Of a stretch of DNA of 64,000 bases, positions 63,442 through 64,000 are shown piece after piece (position 1 is the first letter of the stretch; every line of letters starts with the position of its first letter). The notes below the pieces were generated by a model. The model saw nothing but the letters and a program-made list of their open reading frames with translations, was not told where the DNA came from and did no database searches. Location: positions 35,836,001-35,900,000 of the forward strand of contig CM097885.1 in assembly GCA_044892525.1 (NCBI GenBank), in the 5' to 3' direction. This stretch comes from Schmidtea polychroa. Taxonomy: Eukaryota. The position numbers and the translations under genes were made by a program.

Positions 63442-64000
63442 GATCGATAATTTTATTTTCCGCAATAGAAGCACATATTATATAGTTAGTTATTGTCTCA
63501 TCGTTTCTGATGGAGAAATAGATGTCGGCAATTTCTACATTATTATCCTCTAACACGAATGACAGATAGTTTTCACTTGAGAAACTTTTTATATTGAATG
63601 GCATTCTTTGACCAATTTTTCTTCCATTGAAATACACACAATCATCTTCTATGAGTAGAACTCCTACATTTGACTCGAATCGTTGAACTTCTAATTGTTG
63701 AGTAAGTACATGATGCAATTGCTTGATACGCCTGGGGCATTCTATATTCATAAGTAATCGAAAAGCATCTTCAACATTTTGAAAATGCTGATTTTCAATT
63801 AAAAGCAATCCAATAATTGAGCTTTTCGGATCGCTCTTCGAGGCAACATTATTTATCGTCTCATTTTGAATTAATTGAATCTCATGGGAACAAAACTTCT
63901 TTGACGTTAATTCCTTGGATGATTCGTAAATTAAACAGCTATTCGGACCAACAAATGCATTCATTTTATCACCATCTGATAATTCACAATTGTTTTCTTC
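63442..64000 (-). CDS. Unidentified coding exon, about 186 uninterrupted codons, open at the window edge and at the gap
   Basis: Stop-free frame from 64000 to the gap (EENNCELSDGDKMNAFVG...IAENKIID) with globular-protein composition, in a region where long chance ORFs are rare. Confidence 0.55.

Overview
AT-rich eukaryotic (animal) genomic scaffold with many short N gaps; no prokaryotic features, rRNA, tRNA or CRISPR are recognisable. The mix of 40-57 nt and multi-kb GT-AG introns and the DNA-transposon load resemble flatworm-type genomes (inference only). Host genes: a FAM184A/B-like coiled-coil gene on + (14 exons seen, 7245-25701, 5' part not found in the window); an unidentified spliced gene on + (about 45.6-62.6 kb); and an unidentified open frame on - at the right edge. 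Most of the rest is transposon debris (hAT, mariner/pogo, MULE, Merlin, Helitron, Maverick). Main points of interest: (1) a compact Maverick/Polinton-type unit at about 27.0-33.5 kb, with a protein-primed PolB gene broken by a single in-frame TGA, a convergent intron-containing IAP-type RING gene, and a 0.5-kb array built from ATGACTCAT and TCAAGGTCA motifs, but no integrase, ATPase or capsid; (2) a 5153-bp TG...CA insertion with a 4-bp target duplication that splits a KIAA1586-like transposase and carries an intron-retaining NDUFA7 pseudogene; (3) two HSP90 5' fragments, one ending in a fold-back, inside a FAM184 intron; (4) a near-identical 648-bp inverted duplication containing a probable host exon. 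All protein family calls come from motif recognition and recalled family sequences, not from database searches.
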